Under the pieces are notes generated by a model. The model was not told the DNA's origin. It saw nothing but the letters and a program-made list of their open reading frames with translations, and did not search any database. This document shows, piece after piece, positions 19,822 to 29,194 of a stretch of 64,000 nucleotides of DNA (position 1 is the first letter of the stretch; every line of letters starts with the position of its first letter). The position numbers were made by a program, and so were the translations under genes. Source of the DNA: Nanobdellota archaeon (GTDB taxonomy: Archaea > Nanobdellota > Nanobdellia > Woesearchaeales > CG1-02-33-12); NCBI GenBank assembly GCA_018819345.1, contig JAHJQG010000064.1, positions 33-64,032 of the forward strand. Reading direction: 5' to 3'.

Positions 19822-20517
19822 ATGAAAGACATTTATAATGTTCCTCAGAATGAATTAATAGAAAAAACAGCCTTAGAACTCAAAAAAATACCCTCTATAA
19901 AGCCCCCTGCATGGGCAGAGTTTGTTAAGACAGGCACTCATAAGGAAAGACCCCCTTCAAGAGATGATTGGTGGTATGTGAGAGCTGCTGCTATATTAAG
20001 AACAACCCACAAGCTTGGACCAATAGGGGTATCAAAGCTAAGGGCAAAATATGGCGGCAAAAAGAACAGGGGTGTTAAGCCAGAAAAATTTTATAGTGGC
20101 TCTGGAAAGATAATAAGAACAATATTACAACAGCTTGAAGAAGCAGAACTTGTAAAGAAAGCAGAAAAAGGTGTTCATAAAGGAAGGATAATTGCCCCAA
20201 AAGGAATATCCATTCTTGATAAAACTGCTGCCCAGATTTCTGGCAAAAAACCACAAGCAGCACAAAAAGCAAAACCTTCTGAATTAAAAAAAGAAATCAA
20301 AAAACCAGAAGTAATTGAGAAAAAACCCAAGGATATTAAGGAGAAGCCAAAAGAAGAAAAACCTATTGCTCAAAAAACAGAAAAAGTTGAGAAAAAACCA
20401 GAAGTAAAAAAACAGGATATCAAAACTGAAAAATCACAAGAAATCAAGAAATCAGCAGAAGAAAAAAAGGAAAAAGTACCAACTGCTGCTGAGCTGGCAA
20501 AAAAAGCAAAAAAATGA
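19822..20517 (+). CDS. rps19e: 30S ribosomal protein S19e with Lys/Glu-rich C-terminal extension
   Basis: PPAWAEFVKTG.HKERPP..DWWYVRAAAILR, GSGKIIRTILQQLE. Confidence 0.95.
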   Translation: MKDIYNVPQNELIEKTALELKKIPSIKPPAWAEFVKTGTHKERPPSRDDWWYVRAAAILRTTHKLGPIGVSKLRAKYGGKKNRGVKPEKFYSGSGKIIRTILQQLEEAELVKKAEKGVHKGRIIAPKGISILDKTAAQISGKKPQAAQKAKPSELKKEIKKPEVIEKKPKDIKEKPKEEKPIAQKTEKVEKKPEVKKQDIKTEKSQEIKKSAEEKKEKVPTAAELAKKAKK

Positions 20518-20834
20518 ATGATATTGAAGAACTTAAAAGAAAAAAGCTTGAGGAACTTCAAACACAGCAACAAGAGGCTGATTCAGGAGAAGCACAAATA
20601 CAGCAACAGATTGCAGAGCTTGAACTTATGGTCAAGCATGTGCTTACAAAAAAAGCATTGGAACGATATGGCAACCTAAAAACAGCACATCCTGATACTG
20701 CAGTTCAGCTGCTTGTTTTATTGGGTCAGGCAATACAAACTGGCCAGATAAAAACAGTTGATGATAATGCATTGAAAAACCTTTTAATGAGATTACAGCC
20801 AAAAAAACACAAATTCAAAATGATAAGGAAATAA
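20514..20834 (+). CDS. PDCD5-like DNA-binding protein
   Basis: IEELKRKKLEEL...LTKKALERYGNLK; conserved rps19e-PDCD5-rpl39e-rpl31e order. Confidence 0.88.
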   Translation: MNDIEELKRKKLEELQTQQQEADSGEAQIQQQIAELELMVKHVLTKKALERYGNLKTAHPDTAVQLLVLLGQAIQTGQIKTVDDNALKNLLMRLQPKKHKFKMIRK

Positions 20835-20835
20835 A

Positions 20836-21009
20836 ATGGCACGCTACAAACATCTAAGCAGGAAATTAAGGCTTGCAAAATTGCACAAGCAGACTAGATG
20901 GGCCCCCTTCTGGACAGTCATGAAAATCTATGGAAAGGGAAGAAGAATTCATCCTGGAAGGCATACTGAGATAAAGAGATCATGGAGAAGAACAAAGACA
21001 AAGGCATGA
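20836..21009 (+). CDS. rpl39e: 50S ribosomal protein L39e (57 aa, below the ORF-track cutoff)
   Basis: Translated by hand: MARYKHLSRKLRLAKLHKQTRWAPFWTVMKIYGKGRRIHPGRHTEIKRSWRRTKTKA; expected synteny. Confidence 0.9.
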   Translation: MARYKHLSRKLRLAKLHKQTRWAPFWTVMKIYGKGRRIHPGRHTEIKRSWRRTKTKA

Positions 21010-21011
21010 AA

Positions 21012-21509
21012 ATGGCAAAAAAAGAGGAAAAATCAAAGGTTGTTCTGGAAAGGGAATATATAATTCCCCTTAGAAAGGAATTTCAGAAGGCCCCAAGCTA
21101 CAAAAGGGCAAAGAAGACAATCAAGGCCTTAAAAGAATTCTTAGCAAAGCACATGAAATCAGATAACATCAAGATAGGCAAATATCTAAATCTCAAGGTT
21201 TGGGAGCACGGGATAAAAAATCCACCACATAAAGTCAAGGTCAAGGTTGAGAAATATGATGACGGCCTCATTAAAGCAGAGCTTACAGATGCTCCTGTTG
21301 AAAAGCCAAAAGAAGAAAAAAAGAAAACAACACTAGAAAAACAAGAGAAAAAGCAACCTGAAAAGAAACCAGAAGAGAAGAAAGAAGAGCCTGCAAAGGA
21401 GAAGAAAAAAGAAGAACCAAAAGAAACAAAGAGTAAAGAAAAGAAGCCAGCAGAAGATAAAAAAGCAGTTAAAGAAGAAAAATTAAAAGTAAAAAAGAGT
21501 TCTAACTAA
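21012..21509 (+). CDS. rpl31e: 50S ribosomal protein L31e with Lys/Glu-rich tail
   Basis: EREYIIPLR, KRAKK, FLAKHMK, LNLKVWEHGIKNPPHKVKV. Confidence 0.93.
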   Translation: MAKKEEKSKVVLEREYIIPLRKEFQKAPSYKRAKKTIKALKEFLAKHMKSDNIKIGKYLNLKVWEHGIKNPPHKVKVKVEKYDDGLIKAELTDAPVEKPKEEKKKTTLEKQEKKQPEKKPEEKKEEPAKEKKKEEPKETKSKEKKPAEDKKAVKEEKLKVKKSSN

Positions 21510-21516
21510 AAACCAA

Positions 21517-21744
21517 ATGAAAAAAGATGATAATAAAGAGGATAGCATAAACAATAAAGTAAAGTTTGTTGATGAAGAAGGTAAAACTGAATTTTTTCTT
21601 AAAGGTGAAGGTAAGGAATATGAAAAGGGGGAGACTATCCACTACAAGAATAAGGAATATAAGGTAATTGATAGAGTAATTGATTACTTTAAAAGAAAAA
21701 TTAGTTATTATAAAGTAAAATTATTTAAGAATAGCTTTCATTAA
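21517..21744 (+). CDS. Small hypothetical protein
   Basis: Co-oriented ORF filling the gap; no motif. Confidence 0.5.
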   Translation: MKKDDNKEDSINNKVKFVDEEGKTEFFLKGEGKEYEKGETIHYKNKEYKVIDRVIDYFKRKISYYKVKLFKNSFH

Positions 21745-21783
21745 ATCAAAACCTTATTAAATAACAGAAAACTCTTTTTAGGC

Positions 21784-22779
21784 ATGGAAAAAGATTTACT
21801 GCCATTTGAAAACATTAAAAGAAAGATTCTGGTTAGAAAGAAATCTATAACCTCATCCAAGTTTGGATGCGAGCCAGATAAAAGACATGTAAAAGAGCTA
21901 ATAAACTATGGCATTGTGAATATAGACAAGCCCCCTGGGCCAACTTCACATCAGGTTAGTGCATATGTTCAGAAAATCCTTAATATAAGCAAGGCAGGCC
22001 ACTCAGGAACTCTTGACCCGGGTGTTACTGGTGTTTTGCCAATAGCTACTGGCAGGGCAACAAGAGTAGTGCAGACATTGCTTAAAGCAGGCAAAGAATA
22101 TGTTGGATTGATGCATGTACACAAAGAAATTCCAGAGCATGAGATTTATACAACATGTAATGATTTTGTGGGCAAGATAATGCAGATGCCGCCTATAAAG
22201 AGTTCTGTTAAAAGGCAGCTGCGATCAAGGCAGGTTTATTACTTTGATATTTTGGAGATTGAAGGCCAGGATGTCTTATTTAAGGTTGGCTGCCAGGCAG
22301 GAACATACATAAGAAAGCTTGTACATGATATTGGCCAAAAGCTTGGCTGCGGGGCTCATATGGCTGAATTAAGAAGGACAAAGGCAGGACCATTTAATGA
22401 AAGCACAAATCTTATCACATTACAGGATTTAACTGATGCTTTCTATTATTACAAAGAAGAAGGAAATGAAAAATACTTGAGTTATTGCATACAGCCAATA
22501 GAAAATGCTGTTAAACATCTTCCAAAAATTTATGTATTAGATAGTGCTGTTGACAGCTTATGCCATGGCGCAAACCTTAATGTGCCTGGAATCTCAAAGC
22601 TTGAGTCTGGCATAAGCGTGCAAGATATTGTTGCTATTATAACATTAAAGGGAGAGCTTATCTGCTATGGAACTTCAAAGCTGGATTCTGAGGAAATGTT
22701 AGGTGAGAAAGGCCTTGCTATAAAAACAGAAAAGGTTTTCATGCTGCCTGGAACATATCCAGGGATTGAGAAAGCTTAA
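21784..22779 (+). CDS. cbf5: H/ACA pseudouridine synthase Cbf5/TruB
   Basis: DKPPGPTSHQV, GHSGTLDPGVTGVL, AGTYIRKL, C-terminal PUA domain. Confidence 0.95.
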   Translation: MEKDLLPFENIKRKILVRKKSITSSKFGCEPDKRHVKELINYGIVNIDKPPGPTSHQVSAYVQKILNISKAGHSGTLDPGVTGVLPIATGRATRVVQTLLKAGKEYVGLMHVHKEIPEHEIYTTCNDFVGKIMQMPPIKSSVKRQLRSRQVYYFDILEIEGQDVLFKVGCQAGTYIRKLVHDIGQKLGCGAHMAELRRTKAGPFNESTNLITLQDLTDAFYYYKEEGNEKYLSYCIQPIENAVKHLPKIYVLDSAVDSLCHGANLNVPGISKLESGISVQDIVAIITLKGELICYGTSKLDSEEMLGEKGLAIKTEKVFMLPGTYPGIEKA

Positions 22780-22780
22780 T

Positions 22781-23386
22781 ATGATTAAATACAATTCAAA
22801 GGAAATTATCATTGCATTATTAATAGCTTTTATAATTATCCTTGGCTCTTTTAACTATCATCTTTATTCAACATGCTTTCATGGCTCGCTTATAAAAAAA
22901 TATTCAGATAATCCTACCTATTTAGAAATTGACAAAGATGTAACAAGATACATAACCGGCTTTAGTTCAGAATTAAATGTTGATTTCAATGAAGATGAGA
23001 AATCTCATATGGTTGATGTTAAAAGATTGATTATGTTTGAACAGCTTCTTTTTATTTTTTTAATGGTTTGGCTTTTTATTTTAATTAAAAAAAGAAAAAT
23101 AAATTATTTACACCTAAAAAAAGTTGCTTTGATAGTAATTTTAACTGCAATATTCTCTTTAATTGCTTCGCTATTTTTTAACAGGTTTTTTGAATTATTT
23201 CACTTAATCTTTTTTCCAATGGGCAACTGGCAGTTTAATGCAGGCTCATTAATGATTCAGACTTACCAGCAGGCTTTTTTCCAGTGGTTTTTCATAAGAA
23301 CGATTTTGGCTGCTATTTTTATTTCATTATTAATTTATTTTGTATTGAATTTGAGTTTAAATAAAAACAAAAGAATAAATATTTAA
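22781..23386 (+). CDS. DUF1461-like integral membrane protein
   Basis: EKSHMVDVKRL, FELFHLIFFPMGNWQF. Confidence 0.75.
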   Translation: MIKYNSKEIIIALLIAFIIILGSFNYHLYSTCFHGSLIKKYSDNPTYLEIDKDVTRYITGFSSELNVDFNEDEKSHMVDVKRLIMFEQLLFIFLMVWLFILIKKRKINYLHLKKVALIVILTAIFSLIASLFFNRFFELFHLIFFPMGNWQFNAGSLMIQTYQQAFFQWFFIRTILAAIFISLLIYFVLNLSLNKNKRINI

Positions 23387-23409
23387 AATAAAGTACTTTA
23401 TTTAGTTAT

Positions 23410-24009
23410 ATGGGACTAAGTTGTATTCATTATATTACAATAACATTCTTCTCAGGGATCCTGATTGGAAAATTTTCCTGCGAAATTGGGGATTTTATAT
23501 CGAGAATTTTATCAATTATACTTTTCCCTAGAATTATAAGATTTGTTAAAAGAAATAAAGATTATGAATCAGAAGGAAAACACAGGGCAATAATAATAGC
23601 AAATGATTATAAATTCAATAAAGAAAGTTTTTATGTTGATGGTGCCGAGATTTTAATAAGGTATTTTCTAAAAAATAAAATTCCTTATAAAGTTTATGAT
23701 AAGATTAACAAACAAAAGTTTAAAGAAATCATTTTAAATAATAATATAGAACATGTTTATATATTTGGGCATGGTTCAAAACACAAAATCACAATTAAAA
23801 AGAAAGAATATTTGTTTTATTGTGAATTTGAAGGTTATCCTAAAAATAAAGAATTTATTGGACAATTTCATTGCAATGTTGGAGGAGGAAAATCTCTTGC
23901 AGAATACATAGCAAAAAATCCAAAAAAATGTTTTGTAACAAATAATATGAGATGGTTTGGTAATAACTGGGAAGATATCAAAAAATTAATTAAGAATTCT
24001 AAAATTTAA
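23410..24009 (+). CDS. Hypothetical membrane-anchored protein, possible clan CD (caspase/gingipain-like) His-Cys fold
   Basis: Hydrophobic N-terminus; VYIFGHG and GQFHC motifs. Confidence 0.45.
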   Translation: MGLSCIHYITITFFSGILIGKFSCEIGDFISRILSIILFPRIIRFVKRNKDYESEGKHRAIIIANDYKFNKESFYVDGAEILIRYFLKNKIPYKVYDKINKQKFKEIILNNNIEHVYIFGHGSKHKITIKKKEYLFYCEFEGYPKNKEFIGQFHCNVGGGKSLAEYIAKNPKKCFVTNNMRWFGNNWEDIKKLIKNSKI

Positions 24010-24015
24010 TAAAGT

Positions 24016-24303
24016 TTAATCATCAACAGTAAATAATTTAGAATCATTTACATCAAAGAGTTTTATTCTTGCGCCTGCATCAAGCCAGCCATGTGCATAG
24101 CTCAGGGCCGCGAATGCATTCACATAATCATCTTTTTCCCTGAAGTATTTGGCATCTTTGTAGTAACGCTTGGCCATGTCAAGGAAATCAGCAGCAAACT
24201 CTTTCTTTGATTTATCTTTTGAGATATTGCCTCTGGCCTTTTTCAGTGCTTGGCCTGTAATATCAAAGTACTTCTCCAGCTTTTCATCTGTTATTTCTCT
24301 CAT
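24016..24303 (-). CDS. DUF357 family protein
   Basis: MAKRYYKDAKYF...NAFAALSYAHGWLDAG. Confidence 0.9.
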   Translation of the reverse strand: MREITDEKLEKYFDITGQALKKARGNISKDKSKKEFAADFLDMAKRYYKDAKYFREKDDYVNAFAALSYAHGWLDAGARIKLFDVNDSKLFTVDD

Positions 24304-24382
24304 TCTATTCAAAAAAATTCTTTTTGTTTTTATAGTTTTGGATTTAGAAAAGATTATATAGAACCAAGGTATAATAAATTAA

Positions 24383-25039
24383 ATGTTTCAATGGGATAAG
24401 ATATACAAAAAAGAAGGTAAGAAGTATGGGTATTATGATATATTTAAACCGCATGAAGATATGCCCAATGTATTGACTATCTTTAAAAAACAAAAGGTTA
24501 AAAGAGTTCTCAACTTAGGCTGTGGTGCTGGCAGAAATCTTGTTTATTTATTAGAAAAGGGCTTTGATATGTATGGCATAGATTGTGCACCTGAAGGGCT
24601 GAGAATCATCAAAGAGAGGTTAAAAAAGGAAAAAAGAAAATGCAACCTTAATTTAGGCAATATCTTCAATAAACTTCCTTATGAGGATAATTTTTTTGAT
24701 GCAGTGATTAGTGTTCAAGTCTTACAGCACGGTAAAATCAGTGAAATAAAAAGAGCAATAAAAGAAATTGAGAGGGTGCTGAAGCCAGGGGGGCTTATTT
24801 TTATAACCCTTAGCGGAAGAATTTCCAAGGGCAGGGTTAGACCTTACCTTATAAAGACAGCTAAAAAAATAGCTCCAAGAACATATGTTCCAACAATGGG
24901 CAATGAAAAAGGATTGACCCACTTTATCTATAATAAAAAACTTATAAAAAAACATTACCATAATTTTAAAATTCTCAAAATCTGGAAAGACAGCAGGGAT
25001 TATTACTGTTTTATAGCTCAAAATAAAAACAAGGCTTAA
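24383..25039 (+). CDS. Class I SAM-dependent methyltransferase
   Basis: VLNLGCGAGRN, GID, LPYEDNFFDAV, RVLKPGG. Confidence 0.9.
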   Translation: MFQWDKIYKKEGKKYGYYDIFKPHEDMPNVLTIFKKQKVKRVLNLGCGAGRNLVYLLEKGFDMYGIDCAPEGLRIIKERLKKEKRKCNLNLGNIFNKLPYEDNFFDAVISVQVLQHGKISEIKRAIKEIERVLKPGGLIFITLSGRISKGRVRPYLIKTAKKIAPRTYVPTMGNEKGLTHFIYNKKLIKKHYHNFKILKIWKDSRDYYCFIAQNKNKA

Positions 25040-25170
25040 CTACAAATCTCTATCATAAATGAAGAAATCATCTGGTTTAACAACTCTTTCCAGTTGAGAC
25101 TAATTTGTAACTATTTTTAAAAAGCAACAAAAACAAAAGGTTTATAAATTTTTATTTTAAGTAATTTAAA

Positions 25171-26442
25171 ATGGACACAGTAAATATAATTTATGTCAAA
25201 GCTCTTAGGGAAAATGGCCAGAAAGATATGCCGGACCAAAGAATAAAACAAGCAGTTGAGAATATAAATGAAACATACAAAAGAGTTGGTGTGCCATATA
25301 AACTGAAGTTATTTGATATTGAATCTTTTTTAAACAAGTTTAGCAAAAAAGAATTGACTGAAATCATTGGAACTGATGGCAGAAAATCAGACTTAATAGA
25401 AAAAATACAAGAGGAAATTCCATTTGAGGAAGCAAGAAGAAGAGAAGGAGTTATATTAAAAGATGGAGAATGGTACCATAATGACAAAAAGCTTGAACCC
25501 CTTAAGTTAGAAGACATAACAATTGATTATGAGAATTTTAAATTCATAAGGAAGTTTGATTTTCATCAAGATCCTGAAAAATATGATACAAATGGTTGGA
25601 AAATACATTGTATGTTTAATAAAAAAGATCAAAATAATATAATTCATCAAGTTAAGTATTCTAAGAAACAATTTGCTGAAAAATATGTTCCTAAATTAAA
25701 AAATAAAATCAAAGAAGTATTTGAAGACAAAGTAAAAAAATATAATAACATAAAAAGATTAGAAAATTTGATTAATGATTACTTAACTAATAGTTACTTA
25801 AAAGGAAATGTGGAGGCATTTAATAAAAATTACAAACCTTATGAGTTACCAAGCATTAAAATGATAGATTTATGTATGATTTATCTAAATTCCATACAAG
25901 ATAAACCAAAGAAGAAATTTGAGTTTGAAAGATTTATTGAAATAATAAATAATGGATTCAAAATAAATAGTGAAGGGTATTTAATAAGGATAAAACCTTC
26001 TCAGGGGTATGAATCGGCAGATTATCCCTATCTCAATAAACTAACTAAATTTATTAATCAACAAGAAGGTAATAATAAAAAATTATATGTATTAACAGAT
26101 AAATTTTCACCAAATGTAAAAATAATTCCCTCGGACAAATTATTTTACTTTATGTTTAGGCAATATAACGATTTTTATAGTGGTATAAGATGTGTAGGCA
26201 ACTTAAGCAACCTAAGAGAAGAAAGTGTAAGATTTCTATTAGAACATGAGTTGTGTCATTTGTTAGATAATGATTGTGATGATGTTGGGGACAGTAAATT
26301 TACTATTCATAGTATGAGTGATACAAGACTAATGTCTGCTCCGGCGCATTATGTTGATTTAAGAACTGGGAAGATTGATTTTAACTTAGGAAAAATTTCA
26401 GATGAGTCTGTAAGGGAAGCCTACAAAAACATAATAAAATGA
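25171..26442 (+). CDS. Hypothetical protein with C-terminal zincin-like HExxH motif
   Basis: LLEHELCHLL followed by possible Met-turn RLMS. Confidence 0.55.
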   Translation: MDTVNIIYVKALRENGQKDMPDQRIKQAVENINETYKRVGVPYKLKLFDIESFLNKFSKKELTEIIGTDGRKSDLIEKIQEEIPFEEARRREGVILKDGEWYHNDKKLEPLKLEDITIDYENFKFIRKFDFHQDPEKYDTNGWKIHCMFNKKDQNNIIHQVKYSKKQFAEKYVPKLKNKIKEVFEDKVKKYNNIKRLENLINDYLTNSYLKGNVEAFNKNYKPYELPSIKMIDLCMIYLNSIQDKPKKKFEFERFIEIINNGFKINSEGYLIRIKPSQGYESADYPYLNKLTKFINQQEGNNKKLYVLTDKFSPNVKIIPSDKLFYFMFRQYNDFYSGIRCVGNLSNLREESVRFLLEHELCHLLDNDCDDVGDSKFTIHSMSDTRLMSAPAHYVDLRTGKIDFNLGKISDESVREAYKNIIK

Positions 26443-26502
26443 TATTTCTTATAAATTGTTTTGAATAATCTCCGGTTTATTTCTAAGAATTAACATTATG
26501 TT

Positions 26503-26541
26503 CGGAAAAATGCCTCTTTTTTCTCAGAAACTATTATTAAA
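26503..26541 (+). promoter_or_regulatory. Island promoter motif, copy 1
   Basis: CGGAAA-AATGCC-TCTTTTTTCT-CAGAAA-CTA-TTATTAAA (upstream element, BRE-like, TATA). Confidence 0.75.
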
Positions 26542-26551
26542 ACATTTTATT

Positions 26552-26667
26552 CCACTAGTCTGTGACTAGTGGTTTATAATTGAATAAAATGTGCTCAAGA
26601 GTGAGGAGGCCGAGCCAGCAGGGCGAGCATGCTGCCAGTCTATGACTGGCAGTGCCTCCGAGCTTTT
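26552..26667 (+). ncRNA. Putative structured RNA (independent ncRNA or leader)
   Basis: GC-rich patch in AT-rich DNA with nested stems GCTC/GAGC, GGAGGC/GCCTCC and GCTGCCAGTC-TAT-GACTGGCAGT, followed by TTTT; upstream hairpin CCACTAGTC-TGT-GACTAGTGG. Confidence 0.5.
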
Positions 26668-26724
26668 GACAAATATTTATTTCATTTAAATGTTTATTAA
26701 AACAAATTTTCGAGGTAAAATAAA

Positions 26725-27129
26725 ATGGAAGAAAATATGTCTTATATTGCAAGTATATCACTTAGATTTGGAGGGGAGAGTATAATTAAAGATGTAACCA
26801 AAAAATTGAATAAAACACCCAATTTAACAATTGAGCAATTGATAAATTCCCTAATAAAAGATGAAGGGAATTTTAATGAAGAAGAAAAAGAGATAATGAA
26901 TTATATTAAGTTTGATATGCAAAGACGCAAAGAATCAGGATGGCATAGATTTAGATTAGGTGTAAAAGCATTAAATGAGTCTGGTGAATATAGGACTTTT
27001 CCAACCAATGATGGCGATAATATTACAAAAATAAACCGTACAGAAATAGCAAAAAACTACTTTGAACCAAGAAAAATTGAGGGTACGAGTTATAAAGGAT
27101 TGGATTTGGAGGTCTATGCAAGAGGATGA
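26725..27129 (+). CDS. Putative divergent ubiquitin-like (beta-grasp) protein 1, C-terminal ..YARG
   Basis: Clear paralog of 29284..29724 (PNLTI..LI..LIKD..FN.EEKE.M; IAK.YFEP..IE...Y.GL.LEV); ends in Gly; SD GAGGT. Confidence 0.55.
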   Translation: MEENMSYIASISLRFGGESIIKDVTKKLNKTPNLTIEQLINSLIKDEGNFNEEEKEIMNYIKFDMQRRKESGWHRFRLGVKALNESGEYRTFPTNDGDNITKINRTEIAKNYFEPRKIEGTSYKGLDLEVYARG

Positions 27130-27193
27130 AAAAAACACATATAGCTTAATTATTGAATATTTTCCGTTTAAAAAGTAAAATCTGTAAATATAA

Positions 27194-27232
27194 CGGAAAT
27201 TCTCATCTTTTTTCTTGGAAATGCTTATTAAA
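27194..27232 (+). promoter_or_regulatory. Island promoter motif, copy 2
   Basis: CGGAAA-TTCTCA-TCTTTTTTCT-TGGAAA-TGC-TTATTAAA, 24 nt before ATG 27257. Confidence 0.75.
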
Positions 27233-27256
27233 AATAAGTGCTAATGTTATTTCAAG

Positions 27257-27763
27257 ATGGAATTAAAAAGAACCATGGGAATTTTGTTTTTGACAGGTGC
27301 TATTGCAGCAACAAGTTATCTTGGTGCCGGATGTGCAAAAACAGAGAAAACAAAACCCATTGTTCAGAAAAAGGTGATTGTGGTGACTGAAAAACAAGAG
27401 CAGCCAATGTATGGCATTGCCGGAAAAAATATTGATGAGTTTTTGGATTATACAGAACAAATTATTAAGGAAAATCATGAGGAGTTTAAGGATTACATTC
27501 TGAATATAAGCAAAATTGGTATTGACAAAGGTTATGATAAAGAGATAGCAAACATGTTCAGTGATGAGCTTCTAGAGAAAAGAATAAGTGAGATGCCTAA
27601 TGAGAGAAAGCTCAGGATAATAAAGCCATTAATAAGTGAAAAAATTGGTAATACATATAATAAAATTGTAGATTTTGCTGAAGAACAAAAGCCAAAAGTC
27701 AAAGAATTCTATAAAAACCTGGAAAAGAAAGCCAACGATTATCTAAAAGGGGGTGAAGAGTGA
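27257..27763 (+). CDS. Putative lipoprotein
   Basis: Basic N-terminus, hydrophobic stretch, lipobox-like LGAGC. Confidence 0.6.
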   Translation: MELKRTMGILFLTGAIAATSYLGAGCAKTEKTKPIVQKKVIVVTEKQEQPMYGIAGKNIDEFLDYTEQIIKENHEEFKDYILNISKIGIDKGYDKEIANMFSDELLEKRISEMPNERKLRIIKPLISEKIGNTYNKIVDFAEEQKPKVKEFYKNLEKKANDYLKGGEE

Positions 27764-28000
27764 ATGGGCCTTATCAGATTTGGCTTTAAGGTATTGAAGT
27801 ATTTTGCGATATTCTCCATTGGGTATTACATGGGTGGCGGATGCGAAAAAATAGACATAAATAATGAAATAAAAAAAGACATCAGTTATACAAGACCTGC
27901 TTATTACCAGACTGTTGATAAAAAAGTTATGAAAGATATCACACAACTTAATGGGCTTGAAAAAAGCCTAGCATTATATTATCCAATAAATAAAAAATAA
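27764..28000 (+). CDS. Small putative lipoprotein/membrane protein
   Basis: Signal-like N-terminus ending MGGGC; SD GGGGGTGA upstream. Confidence 0.55.
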   Translation: MGLIRFGFKVLKYFAIFSIGYYMGGGCEKIDINNEIKKDISYTRPAYYQTVDKKVMKDITQLNGLEKSLALYYPINKK

Positions 28001-28015
28001 TAAAAGGTGAGAAAA

Positions 28016-29095
28016 ATGGATGAAGATTTAGTAGAAAAAATTAAATCAAACAGAATGAATTGTTCAAAAAACAACCAAGGGTCAGTAATTGAAAAACTTA
28101 AAAAATATGGGGTTTTAGAAGATAGGTATAAAAATAAGTATTATCCAGAAGAAATCTCAATAGTAGCTACACTAAAAAATTCAAGAAGACCTTCAAGTGA
28201 GGCTGATTTCATTGGACTAGGAGAAACTGTGAAAGATATAGCTAAATTAAATCTGGAGATGAACAGAAAACTTCTTGCCGGTAAACCAATCCCATACAAA
28301 ATTTTTGTATATTCAGTAGATTTTATTAAAACAAAAATCTTTGGTAAAGAGGCATACTCAATAGAGGACATATTTGACAGACAAATAAATAATATAAAAA
28401 ACCTGGATTCAAACTTAACATGTATAATTTTTAGCTCAAGAAAGGAATTATGTAAATTAATAAAATATAGGGGCGAAGTAAATAAAGAATGGGAGGGTAA
28501 CATAAAAAAATATAATAAATTAGAGAAAGAAGGAAAAATAATAAAGCAATTATATTCAGAAGCAGATGAAGAATTTAAATCAACAAAAAAAGGTGATGAG
28601 AAATATTTTACTCTTAAGGATGCATGTGAAAACTTAAAAAGGGAGTTAGATGGAATTTCACACCAAAAAGATCTTGCCGCTAATAAAGTAAAAGACAGGG
28701 ATAAAGAAGATAATATTCTTAGGGATCTTGAAGACATGCTTACTACTGGAATAAAGGTTTGTGAAACAGTCAGTGATAAAACGGGGGGAATACTACGTTA
28801 TGTTATAAACACAAAAAAACAATGGGATACCCTCGTTTCCGGAGGCAGGATTGTTGAAGCATTATATGAATCTGTTGCCATGTTGGGTAATTATTCAAAT
28901 AATTTACATGGGAGATTAAATGAAGGTATAAAAAAGATGGGTGGCGTTGCAAATAATCCAAATGTCCTTAATAGCTATTATTTAAAAACACATAAAGGGA
29001 TTAAACAAATAGCAGATAATGTTTCAATGGCTCACTTTAATAGAGTTGAAAATTTGGATAATCAAATGAATGAGTATCTTAATAGTACTGATTAA
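28016..29095 (+). CDS. Long helical/coiled-coil protein (possibly TelA-like)
   Basis: Heptad-rich helices; SD AGGTGA; family assignment weak. Confidence 0.5.
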   Translation: MDEDLVEKIKSNRMNCSKNNQGSVIEKLKKYGVLEDRYKNKYYPEEISIVATLKNSRRPSSEADFIGLGETVKDIAKLNLEMNRKLLAGKPIPYKIFVYSVDFIKTKIFGKEAYSIEDIFDRQINNIKNLDSNLTCIIFSSRKELCKLIKYRGEVNKEWEGNIKKYNKLEKEGKIIKQLYSEADEEFKSTKKGDEKYFTLKDACENLKRELDGISHQKDLAANKVKDRDKEDNILRDLEDMLTTGIKVCETVSDKTGGILRYVINTKKQWDTLVSGGRIVEALYESVAMLGNYSNNLHGRLNEGIKKMGGVANNPNVLNSYYLKTHKGIKQIADNVSMAHFNRVENLDNQMNEYLNSTD

Positions 29096-29194
29096 TACAA
29101 CCCAAGATACATACCAATTATTTTATTTAATTTTTAATTATTTATTTAACAGCTGAATATTTTTCGGTTTATCTCTAAAGATTCACATTAACTT

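Noticed and set aside
26590-26667. Known ribozyme or riboswitch (hammerhead, HDV-like, c-di-GMP, TPP)
   Set aside because: Core motifs (CUGANGA/GAAA, HDV nested pseudoknot, GEMM GNRA/receptor, CUGAGA) could not be placed on either strand by eye
26555-26761. 68-aa minus-strand ORF over the GC-rich patch
   Set aside because: Antisense to the promoter and overlapping the Ubl1 start; the openness is explained by local GC content; base-pairing explains the sequence better
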